Source: Fidelibacterota bacterium
GTDB taxonomy: Bacteria > Fidelibacterota > Marinisomatia > Marinisomatales > Marinisomataceae
Direction: 5' to 3'
NCBI GenBank assembly: GCA_965212055.1
Contig: OZ243041.1
Location: 832,001 to 896,000, forward strand
Length of the DNA stretch: 64,000 bases
The stretch's first letter is position 1. Each line of letters begins with the position of its first letter. The position numbers and the translations under genes are program-made. Shown here in pieces: positions 55,206-64,000 of the stretch. The notes below the pieces were generated by a model that saw nothing but the letters and a program-made list of their open reading frames with translations, made no database searches and had not been told where the DNA came from.

Positions 55206-56611
55206 GTAAAAAATACAAAATAAAAGATATTGCTTTAGCTGGATTAGGAAGAAAAAAAATTACTATCTCTGAAAAAGAAATGCCTGGATTAATGGAATTA
55301 CGTCAAAAATATGCTAAAACAAAACCATTAAAAAATTTAAGATTAACTGGATCGCTACATATGACTGTAGAAACAGCCATATTGATTGAAACCTTAAAGG
55401 AATTAGGAGCAAATGTCAGATGGGCGAGTTGTAATATTTTTTCCACGCAGGATGATGCAGCGGCAGCCATTGCAAAGACTAATACACCTGTATTCGCCTG
55501 GAAAGGTGAAACTTTAGAAGAATACTGGCAATGTACACTGGATGCATTGCATTTTGGAAAAAACTTGGGGCCAAACCTAATTGTAGATGATGGTGGAGAT
55601 GCTACATTGCTTATTCATAAAGGATATCAATTAGAAGAATACCATAATAAATACAAAAAACTACCTGAAATAACAGCATCAGTTGAAGAAGAAATAATTA
55701 TAGAAACATTATTACAAAAATTTCACAAAAAAAATCCGAACTATTGGCATACTATTATCCCTGATATTATTGGTGTTTCTGAAGAAACAACCACTGGTGT
55801 TCTACGATTAGAACAAATGCATACAGAAAAAACATTATTATTTGCTGCATTTAACGTAAATGATTCAGCTACCAAATCAAAATTTGATAATTTATATGGT
55901 TGTCGAGAATCTTTAGCAGATGGTATTAAACGCTCAACCGAAATTATGTTAGCTGGTAAAACGGTGGTAGTTTGTGGATACGGAGATGTTGGAAAAGGAT
56001 GTGCGCAATCAATGAAGTCATATGGATGTAAAGTGATTGTAACTGAAATTGATCCAATTTGTGCATTACAAGCATCAATGGAAGGATTTCCAGTTAAAAA
56101 AATTGAAGACACTTTAAAAAAAGGTAATATTTTTGTAACAGCAACTGGTAATAGAGATGTAATCACTTTAAAACATATGAGACAAATGAAAGATCAAGCT
56201 ATTGTTTGTAATATTGGACATTTTGATAATGAAATTCAAATGGATGCATTAAATAAATCAAATGCAGTCAAAAAACAAATTAAACCTCAATATGATTGTT
56301 ATACTTTTCCAAATAAAAAACAGATTTTTATTCTTTCAGAAGGTAGGCTGGTAAATTTAGGTTCTGCTACTGGTCATGCAAGTTTTGTAATGTCGACATC
56401 ATTTTCAAATCAAGTACTAGCACAAATATTCTTAGCAAAAAATAAACCAAAAACAGGATTATATCATCTACCAAAACAATTAGATGAGCAAGTAGCACGA
56501 TTACACTTAAAACATTTAGGTGTTAATCTAACGCTACTTACAAAAAAACAAGCAAAATATATTGGTGTTGATATCAAGGGACCATATAAGAAAGACAAGT
56601 ACAGATACTAG
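55202..56611 (+). CDS. ahcY: S-adenosylhomocysteine hydrolase
   Basis: [42 protein letters not shown]. Confidence 0.98.
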   Translation: MSKKYKIKDIALAGLGRKKITISEKEMPGLMELRQKYAKTKPLKNLRLTGSLHMTVETAILIETLKELGANVRWASCNIFSTQDDAAAAIAKTNTPVFAWKGETLEEYWQCTLDALHFGKNLGPNLIVDDGGDATLLIHKGYQLEEYHNKYKKLPEITASVEEEIIIETLLQKFHKKNPNYWHTIIPDIIGVSEETTTGVLRLEQMHTEKTLLFAAFNVNDSATKSKFDNLYGCRESLADGIKRSTEIMLAGKTVVVCGYGDVGKGCAQSMKSYGCKVIVTEIDPICALQASMEGFPVKKIEDTLKKGNIFVTATGNRDVITLKHMRQMKDQAIVCNIGHFDNEIQMDALNKSNAVKKQIKPQYDCYTFPNKKQIFILSEGRLVNLGSATGHASFVMSTSFSNQVLAQIFLAKNKPKTGLYHLPKQLDEQVARLHLKHLGVNLTLLTKKQAKYIGVDIKGPYKKDKYRY

Positions 56612-56617
56612 AAAATA

Positions 56618-58432
56618 TTAATCTAATATTTTTCTCATTGATTCTTGATCATTGTCATTGATTGCTTTTATAATAGATTCTATCCGTTGTTCAACATCAT
56701 CTGCATTTCTATTCTCTGTTGATAATAGTATTTGAGGATGCTCTGTTTTTGAAACAGGATTTTCACTTAATATTTCATGTAATTTTTCACCTTGCTTTAA
56801 TCCTGTTATAGTTATACCGATATCGCCATCTGGATTAGATTCTGATTTAATTGTATTACCACTTAAATGAATCATTCTTTTTGCAATATCTAAAATTTTT
56901 ATTGGAGTTCCCATATCTAAGACAAATACTTCTCCCCCTTTTCCTATAACTGATGCTTTAATTACTAATTTAACAGCTTCTTCAATCGACATAAAAAATC
57001 TAGTCACATTTGCATCTGTAAGTGTTAAATCTTGACCTTTTTTAATTTGATGTTTAAATATTTGAATCACAGATCCCGAAGAATTGAATACATTACCAAA
57101 TCTAACAGATGAATAAATACCATTATTATTTTTTCTATTAAAATTTTCAACAATTAATTCACAAAACTTTTTTGTTTGACCCATCACAGTAGAAGGGTTT
57201 GCAGCTTTATCTGTACTAATCATTACAAAATTTTTCACATTATTTTTGGAACACTCATTGACCAAATAATATGTACCAATAACATTATTTTTTATTGCAG
57301 ATTTAATTTCACTTTCTAGAATATTTACATGTTTATAAGCAGCTGCATGATAAACAGTATCAATCTTAAAATCTGTAAAAATTGTTTTTAATAAATCCTT
57401 ATCTGCAATATTGACAAGTTTAGAAACTACCTTAGAATTATTATTCATTGTTTTTAATTCTGATTCAATTTTAAATAATCCAAATTCTGAATTATCCAGA
57501 ATAATTAATAATTTTGGTTTATTAGCAACAATTTGCTTTGAAAGTATGCTACCAATAGAACCTCCAGCGCCAGTTACTAGAACAATTTTGTTCTTAATAA
57601 TTTTATTTTCTTCATCACTAAGTTTTATTCCATCATTCACTTTACGGCTAATAAAATCTTCAAGAGATAAATGTTTTAAATCATCAAATGAACCTTTTTT
57701 AGATATAATATCTTGCAAATCAGGTATTTTAAAAACTTTAATAGGAAAAGAGGTAATTGAATCAAATAAATTGCTATCAAGCTCTTTAAGATTATGATGG
57801 CTAGCAATAAATAATTTAGAGATATTGTGTTTCTCTACTATCTTCTTGAAACTATTAATGTTAAATATTTCAACACCATCTATAAACCGACCTTTATTTC
57901 TTTCTTCAGAACTAATTATAGCAACTAGTTCAAAATTAACAGCACTAGAAGCTAGATTAACAGCTTCATCGATATCTTCATAATCAGTATATAAAATAAT
58001 TTTTTCTTTTGGAGAAAAATTTTCATAAAGCAAAAATCTTGCTATCATTCTTGATAGAAGAATTAAGAAAAATGCTATAAATCCACTATTAAAAATTATC
58101 TCAGATGCAATAATATCTTTGATTATAAATTTTATAAATAAGTAATAGGAAAAAAATGATAATACTATACCAATTATTAAATTAGAAATGTATCTAAGTC
58201 CAATATTTTTAATAACATTGTCATGAATTTTTCTATAAAAAAAGAAAATCCCTGAAATACCCAGAAATAGAATATAATATCTATCAAATACGAAAAGCTT
58301 ATCGGCTACGAATCCACTAATTATGAATGAAAATGTAACTAAAAAAATATCGTTAAGAATAACGATAAGGCGTTTTATTTTTCTATCTCGTAAGGTGAAT
58401 AATGTTGTTAATTTTTCTTTGTTCTTAATCAT
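56618..58432 (-). CDS. CapD/PglF-type membrane-bound nucleotide-sugar 4,6-dehydratase
   Basis: N-terminal TMs, TGAGGSIGS, HAAAYKHV, STDKA, RFGNV..S.GSV, GEKLHE. Confidence 0.93.
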   Translation of the reverse strand: MIKNKEKLTTLFTLRDRKIKRLIVILNDIFLVTFSFIISGFVADKLFVFDRYYILFLGISGIFFFYRKIHDNVIKNIGLRYISNLIIGIVLSFFSYYLFIKFIIKDIIASEIIFNSGFIAFFLILLSRMIARFLLYENFSPKEKIILYTDYEDIDEAVNLASSAVNFELVAIISSEERNKGRFIDGVEIFNINSFKKIVEKHNISKLFIASHHNLKELDSNLFDSITSFPIKVFKIPDLQDIISKKGSFDDLKHLSLEDFISRKVNDGIKLSDEENKIIKNKIVLVTGAGGSIGSILSKQIVANKPKLLIILDNSEFGLFKIESELKTMNNNSKVVSKLVNIADKDLLKTIFTDFKIDTVYHAAAYKHVNILESEIKSAIKNNVIGTYYLVNECSKNNVKNFVMISTDKAANPSTVMGQTKKFCELIVENFNRKNNNGIYSSVRFGNVFNSSGSVIQIFKHQIKKGQDLTLTDANVTRFFMSIEEAVKLVIKASVIGKGGEVFVLDMGTPIKILDIAKRMIHLSGNTIKSESNPDGDIGITITGLKQGEKLHEILSENPVSKTEHPQILLSTENRNADDVEQRIESIIKAINDNDQESMRKILD

Positions 58433-58437
58433 TTTTT

Positions 58438-58998
58438 TTAATCTAAAATATCTTTTGCTAAAAGAACCTTAATAAAAGTTTTATACAAAATTATTATATT
58501 AAATCTAAAATTTCTGTTTTTAAGATAATAATAATCATATTCAGTCTTTTCCTTTATAGATAACGAATCTCTACCATTTACTTGTGCCCAACCAGTAATA
58601 CCAGGTTTTAAATGATTAATGTTATATTTGTCTCTTAATTTAATAAGATCATCTTGATTAAATAATGCAGGCCTTGGACCAATAAAATTAATATCCCCTA
58701 AAAAGATATTAATAAGTTGAGGTAATTCATCTATACTATATTTTCTTAGAAAATTGCCAGAACGTAAAATTTGGTTATTTTTATTTTTCATTAAATGTGT
58801 GGCTAAATCTTTTGTATTTTTTTTCATAGTTCTAAATTTAATAATATTAAAGATGGTCTTATCTTTACCTACTCTTTTCTGTTTAAAAAAAATAGGAAAT
58901 CCATCATCAATAATAATAAGAATACTTACCAAAATCAAAATAGGGAATAATACTACAATAAGTATTAATGAAGTAATTTTATTCAAAATATTTCCCAT
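58438..58998 (-). CDS. Initiating phosphoglycosyltransferase (PglC-like)
   Basis: KFRTM, SIDELPQL.N, GPRP, KPGITGWAQVNGR. Confidence 0.93.
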   Translation of the reverse strand: MGNILNKITSLILIVVLFPILILVSILIIIDDGFPIFFKQKRVGKDKTIFNIIKFRTMKKNTKDLATHLMKNKNNQILRSGNFLRKYSIDELPQLINIFLGDINFIGPRPALFNQDDLIKLRDKYNINHLKPGITGWAQVNGRDSLSIKEKTEYDYYYLKNRNFRFNIIILYKTFIKVLLAKDILD

Positions 58999-59065
58999 AG
59001 TTCTCTAAGTTTTAGATATTAATTTGTTAATTTATTTTAAGTTTAAGGATATATTCTAATAGATT

Positions 59066-60305
59066 GTGGAAAAATTACCTAAAAATATTTTAATTATATC
59101 TCCTCTTTATCATCCAGAAATAAATAGAGTAAATGATTTAGTGGGTTATTTATTAAAAAAAAATCATAGAATAACCATTGTATGTCCAATACCTAATTAT
59201 CCTGAAGGAAAATATTATAAAAATTATGGTATCTTTAAAAAAAGATACGAGAAATTTGATAATTTGACTATTGTAAGGATATTAGTACATCCAAGAAAAA
59301 ATGGATCAAAAATAAATTTATTTCTCAATTATTTATCATTTATAATCTTTAGCGTTATTCCTGCTATTATTTTATCCTTTAGAAAATTTGATTTAGTATT
59401 TGTTAATCAAGTATCTCCAATTACAATTGCAATGCCTGGTATTATTATAAAAAAAATTAGGCGGATACCTATGGTTATGTGGGTAACAGATTTATGGCCA
59501 GAAAGTGTTAAAGATGCAGGAAATCTGAAATCTAATTTTATACCAAATTTACTTTTACCAATAGTAAAATATATTTATAGAAACTGTAATCAAATATTGG
59601 TGTCTTCAAGATCTTTTATTAACTCTATAAGTGAAAAAACAAAAAATAAAGATATAGTTTATATGCCTCAATGGGGTGAGACAACATTCACAGACAATAA
59701 ATCCACAAGCTTTTACTAATGAATCAGTAGAAAAAATAACAGATTTTAAAATAATGTTTGCTGGTAATATTGGTATGGCTCAAGATTTTAATTCTATTAT
59801 TAATGCAATCAATAAAGTAAAAAATTATCCAATTCATTTAGTTGTTTTGGGAGGAGGTAGAGGGAAAAAAGATGCAGTAAACAAAGTTAAAGAAATGGGT
59901 TTGGAATCTAAAATTTCCTTTTTGGGATCTTTTCCATTAGAAACCATGCCTTATTTTTTTAACAAAGCAGATGCTTTACTAATTAGTCTTAAAAAAAGTG
60001 AGATATTCGCAAAAACAATTCCTGCTAAAACACAATCATATATGGCTTTTGGTAAACCTATACTAATAAATGCTGATGGTGAAGTATCAAGGATTATAGA
60101 AGAATCTAAAAGTGGATTGGTTGCAAATTCAGGCAATTATACTCTTTTGGCAAAAAACATGTTAAAATTGAGTCAATTACCTAAAAAAGATCTTGAAACG
60201 ATGACTAATAATTGTAAAAAGTATTATGAAAAAAATTTTAATAGAAAAAAAATTCTTAATAATTTCGAAGAAATAATACATAACATTATAGACAACAAGA
60301 AATAA
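59066..60305 (+). pseudogene. GT4 glycosyltransferase (WbuB-like), frameshifted near 59711-59714 (or sequencing error)
   Basis: PNYPEG, DLWPES in first half; FAGNIG.AQ, TIPAK.QSYMA in second; removing one T gives STSFTNES. Confidence 0.85.
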
Positions 60306-60321
60306 ATCTACTAGGAATAAT

Positions 60322-61059
60322 ATGAGATTAATTTTATTAAGACATGGTGAAAGTGAATGGAATCTTCTTAATCAATTTACAGGATGGACTGATGTTGGTT
60401 TGACTGATAATGGTATCAAAGAAGCACAATTTTCAGCCGAACAAATTCTTAAAAAAAATATTGTTATAAATACTATTTATACATCTTTGCTTAAAAGGTC
60501 CACTCATACTGCTGAAATTATTGCAGATATAATTAATTTTGATAAAAAAAATATCCAATATAATTGGCGATTAAATGAAAGACATTATGGAGCTCTCCAA
60601 GGATTCAATAAGTCAGAAACAGCTAAAAAATATGGTGAAGATCAAGTACATGTATGGCGGAGAAGTTATGATATTGCTCCACCTTTATTATCAGATGACG
60701 ATAAAAGACATCCAAAATTTAATGAAAAGTTTAAAAATATTGGTGGAGATTTACCTGCTGGAGAAAGTTTAAAAAATGTGATTGATAGATTAAATCCATT
60801 TTGGAATCAGTATTTAAAGAATATCAAAGAAAATCCAGGTAATCATTTAATTGTAGCTCATAGCAACTCTTTAAGAGCAATTGTAAAAATATTAGATCAA
60901 TTATCTGATGGAGAAATTGTATCGATGAATATTCCTACAGGTGTTCCTTTGGTATATAAATTGGATAATAATTGCGATGTTATTAATAAGGAATATTTAA
61001 TTGATCAAGCTAAGTTAGAAAAAAAGCAAGAAATGATAGTAAATCAAGGCAAAGCATAA
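60322..61059 (+). CDS. gpmA: 2,3-bisphosphoglycerate-dependent phosphoglycerate mutase
   Basis: RHGESEWN..FTGW.DV, LNERHYGALQG, WRRSY, AHSNSLR. Confidence 0.93.
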   Translation: MRLILLRHGESEWNLLNQFTGWTDVGLTDNGIKEAQFSAEQILKKNIVINTIYTSLLKRSTHTAEIIADIINFDKKNIQYNWRLNERHYGALQGFNKSETAKKYGEDQVHVWRRSYDIAPPLLSDDDKRHPKFNEKFKNIGGDLPAGESLKNVIDRLNPFWNQYLKNIKENPGNHLIVAHSNSLRAIVKILDQLSDGEIVSMNIPTGVPLVYKLDNNCDVINKEYLIDQAKLEKKQEMIVNQGKA

Positions 61060-61982
61060 TGAATTTAGATTTTTCAAAGATTAAAGTTTTATTAATTGGA
61101 GACTTTATGATAGATCACTATATCATTGGTACCTCCAATAGAATGTCTCCAGAAGCACCGGTTCCTGTAGTAATTCCAGAACAAGAATATTCAATACCAG
61201 GAGGAGCAGGAAATGTAGCTATGAATTTAAGTCTAATGGGAGCAAATGTAACATGCGTAGGGTGTATTGGTGATGATGATTGGGGTAAAAAATTAATTTC
61301 AATATTAAAAAATGAAGGTATAAATATAGAAGCCATAAATATAATTAATAATCACCCGACTACATTAAAACAAAGGATTTATTCAGATGGTAAACAAGTT
61401 GCGAGACTTGATACAGAAAAAATAATTAATTGGCAACCTGATTCTGAAATGAAACACGATTATAATGATTATGATATTATAATATTATCAGATTATAATA
61501 AAGGAGTGCTAAATGAACCATGGTTTAGTATAAATAATTTAGATAATGTAATAGTAGATCCTAAAAAAGATGTCTTTAGTCATTATAGCCAAGCAAATAT
61601 TATTACACCAAATTTAAATGAACTTCAAAGAGCTTCTAAAATTGAGATTAATGATGACAAATCGCTTGTAAATGCTTGTAATGAATTAATTCAAGAATGC
61701 AGTTTTAACTATATAATTGCAAAGAAAGGTAATAAAGGAATGACAATTGTCGGTAAAAACAATTTTGTTAAGCACATAAAAGCTCATTCTGTTGAAAATC
61801 CAGATGTCACAGGAGCAGGAGATACTGTTATTGCTGCCTTATCTCTCGCATTTGCTAAAACAAAAGATATAAAAATTTCTACAACAATTGCTAATGCTGC
61901 AGCTGCTGTAGTAGTAGGAAAGCCTGGCACTGCTACTGTTACTATTGATGAGATTAATAATTATATTTCTATAGATGAGTGA
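61059..61982 (+). CDS. hldA: Heptose-7-phosphate kinase (HldE kinase domain only, PfkB family)
   Basis: R.SPEAPVPV, GGAGNVA, SDY.KG, VDPK, TPN..E, DVTGAGDT. Confidence 0.9.
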   Translation: MNLDFSKIKVLLIGDFMIDHYIIGTSNRMSPEAPVPVVIPEQEYSIPGGAGNVAMNLSLMGANVTCVGCIGDDDWGKKLISILKNEGINIEAINIINNHPTTLKQRIYSDGKQVARLDTEKIINWQPDSEMKHDYNDYDIIILSDYNKGVLNEPWFSINNLDNVIVDPKKDVFSHYSQANIITPNLNELQRASKIEINDDKSLVNACNELIQECSFNYIIAKKGNKGMTIVGKNNFVKHIKAHSVENPDVTGAGDTVIAALSLAFAKTKDIKISTTIANAAAAVVVGKPGTATVTIDEINNYISIDE

Positions 61983-62535
61983 AAAATTAATAACTGAATC
62001 AATCGTACAGCATAGTACAGTGCTTGAGTCTTTAGATCAAGATACTATCGGTAAAGCTGCACAACTTATTGTGGAATCAATACACAATAATAGCAAAATT
62101 TTTTGGTGTGGAAACGGGGGAAGCGCTTCTCAAGCAAATCATCTTTCTGCTGAGCTTGTAGGAGGTATGTATCAAGAAAAAACTAAACCATGTCAATCCA
62201 TTTGTTTGAATGTTGATACAGCATTTATTACAGCTTGGTCTAATGATGATTCTTTTAATAATATTTTTGTTCGTCAACTAGAAGCACTAAGCAACAATGG
62301 AGATGTTTTAATTGTTTTGTCAACAAGTGGAAATTCTTTAAATATTGTCAATGCAACTAAATTTGCACAATCAAATGGTCTAACAGTTGTATCATTAACG
62401 GGTAATGGTGGTGGAGATGTAAAAAATTCTTCAGATATCAACATCAATATTAATAGTGATAATACCCAACGTATTCAAGAAATGCATATCTTAGTAGGTC
62501 ATATTATTTGCGAGATGGCTGAACAGTCACTATAA
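61975..62535 (+). CDS. gmhA: Phosphoheptose isomerase
   Basis: CGNGGS, STSGNS, RIQEMH..GH. Confidence 0.93.
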   Translation: MSEKLITESIVQHSTVLESLDQDTIGKAAQLIVESIHNNSKIFWCGNGGSASQANHLSAELVGGMYQEKTKPCQSICLNVDTAFITAWSNDDSFNNIFVRQLEALSNNGDVLIVLSTSGNSLNIVNATKFAQSNGLTVVSLTGNGGGDVKNSSDINININSDNTQRIQEMHILVGHIICEMAEQSL

Positions 62536-63798
62536 CTCCCAGTTTATTCCAATTCCTACTCTACTTTCTCCACTTTCGTTATTTGCAATAAAAATATTAA
62601 AAGCAGGAATTTCTTTTTTATTCCTACTGTCCATTGTTTTACCAAAAATAAGTTTGTATTTAACTATATCATTAATATTAATTCTTCTTGATGCTTTTAT
62701 TTTATATTGATAACCAGAAAGAATTTTTCCACTAATACCCATATGAAAAACTTCCGTAGGCTCAACTTCGAGATGATTAATAAATGAATTACCAAGAGTG
62801 TAATCTTTATAACCCCAACCCATGCTATAAATCCCATGATTATAATATGCATCATTTACATATGGGGGATTCATATCTTGATGAGTTGTATCTAAATATT
62901 CAAATAAAATAGTAGTTTCTGGAATATAATTTTGCAATTCTATTCCCCATAATCCATCAATTTCGTTTCTAAATCTTAATCCACTAGTATCCTCAAAAAA
63001 ATGTTGATAATATAGTTTTAGTATTTGATTATTATTATTTTTTTGGAAAAACAATTCAGTCATACCTAAGTGATTTCCTAATGCATTTGGGTGAGCTCCT
63101 CCTTCATCAGGACCATCTTCAGATATAAAAACCTTTAAAAAATCTTTAAATGTATCTGGTTGATCTCCATCTATAACTGTACTCCCTCCCCACATTGCTT
63201 CGTGAACAAACCCAATACTAACTTGATAATTGTTTTTTCTGATATTCATATAAAGAAATTTTTCATGCAATAAAGGAGCTTTATTATAGGTATCATTTTT
63301 ATCAAAAAATCCATGCGCGATTCCAAAATCAAAATCAATTTTTTCAAGTTTTTTTATTTTTTGAGATGTTACTAAACCAATTTTTGGCATTGGTTTTGCA
63401 TTATTGCTTATTAACATATGTCCAGAACTAAGTTCATCGTTTAGATAATTACTGAAATCTCTGTAGTATCTTCCTACACGCAAAAATATCTTATCTGAAA
63501 AATTGTGTTTTATAAATGATTCGTTAAAATAAATGTTTTCTTCCTGTGCAAGAATATTAATTACATAAGTAGTTTTTAATGTTTCTAATTCCCAGTGACT
63601 TTGAAAATCAAAACTAGTAGGTGTTATTCCAAAATTGTTTTTTTCTAGCCACCAAGAATCCAAAATGTCAGGATTTGATTGGATTTTAAGTTTAATTTCC
63701 TGTTCTTGTGTAAATAACAATGTGTTTGCTATAAAGGGAAGAATTACAAAAAGTTTTAAGAATTTATTGATTTTGATAATTTTTAACTTTTTTAACAT
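62530..63798 (-). CDS. Capsule assembly Wzi-family outer membrane protein
   Basis: SSG.M.ISNNA.PMPK, LHEK, NALGNHLG, DGLWG, YYNHGIY..GW.Y; start uncertain. Confidence 0.75.
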   Translation of the reverse strand: MLKKLKIIKINKFLKLFVILPFIANTLLFTQEQEIKLKIQSNPDILDSWWLEKNNFGITPTSFDFQSHWELETLKTTYVINILAQEENIYFNESFIKHNFSDKIFLRVGRYYRDFSNYLNDELSSGHMLISNNAKPMPKIGLVTSQKIKKLEKIDFDFGIAHGFFDKNDTYNKAPLLHEKFLYMNIRKNNYQVSIGFVHEAMWGGSTVIDGDQPDTFKDFLKVFISEDGPDEGGAHPNALGNHLGMTELFFQKNNNNQILKLYYQHFFEDTSGLRFRNEIDGLWGIELQNYIPETTILFEYLDTTHQDMNPPYVNDAYYNHGIYSMGWGYKDYTLGNSFINHLEVEPTEVFHMGISGKILSGYQYKIKASRRININDIVKYKLIFGKTMDSRNKKEIPAFNIFIANNESGESRVGIGINWEL

Positions 63799-64000
63799 AA
63801 AATTTCCAGTCCATTACTTCAATAGTTGCATGTTTTGAAATCTCAAATGACTGAAATTCTTGATTAGGAAATACTCTTTGTTCTAATCCATTAACAAGTA
63901 AATCAATTGGCATAACAAAATTTTCATTTACATTTTCCCATCTATAATAAAATTCAGAATCTGTTTGGTAATATTCTAAATGTGGTTGGTTTGGAGTATA
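63764..64000 (-). CDS. 3' end of a gene cut by the window edge, probable M1 aminopeptidase C-terminus
   Basis: Own translation YTPNQPHLEYYQ..YYRWENVNENFVMPI..FYVKKVKNYQNQ-stop; not in the ORF track. Confidence 0.6.
   Translation of the reverse strand, partial: YTPNQPHLEYYQTDSEFYYRWENVNENFVMPIDLLVNGLEQRVFPNQEFQSFEISKHATIEVMDWKFYVKKVKNYQNQ

Overview
Very AT-rich, tightly packed bacterial chromosomal segment from a Gram-negative, LPS-making organism. Gene content (Omp85/peptidase fusion, DUF2723, DUF4835, DUF1844, DUF4139, Big_5 lipoprotein, 7TM-HD) is FCB-group-like; a streamlined marine lineage such as Marinimicrobia is my inference, not a database result. From 68 to 53983 nearly all genes lie on the minus strand in long, often overlapping runs. 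These cover translation and tRNA functions (tgt, gatC, cca, valS, metG, rpsU, rsmA, ybeY, rnpB, tRNA-Arg, tRNA-Asn), KDO/LPS export (kdsB-pyrG-kdsA-kdsC-lptC-lptB-rpoN, lpxH), a MacAB-TolC-type exporter, recG, holB, glmM, fabH and mazG. From 54 kb come metK-ahcY and an even more AT-rich surface-glycan/heptose region. I found no CRISPR array, integrase, transposase or recognisable defence system. The best leads are: (1) a stand-alone 75-aa basic tandem-repeat protein with strong expression signals; (2) apparent loss of structural zinc ligands in five proteins (Tgt, HIT, ValS, MetG, HolB); (3) a Na+/solute symporter with an extra GD-box barrel-like tail and a small membrane partner; (4) a TMEM260-like GT-C coupled to a GT2; (5) four frameshifts, all in envelope genes. 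All family calls are from motif recognition only; no searches were run.
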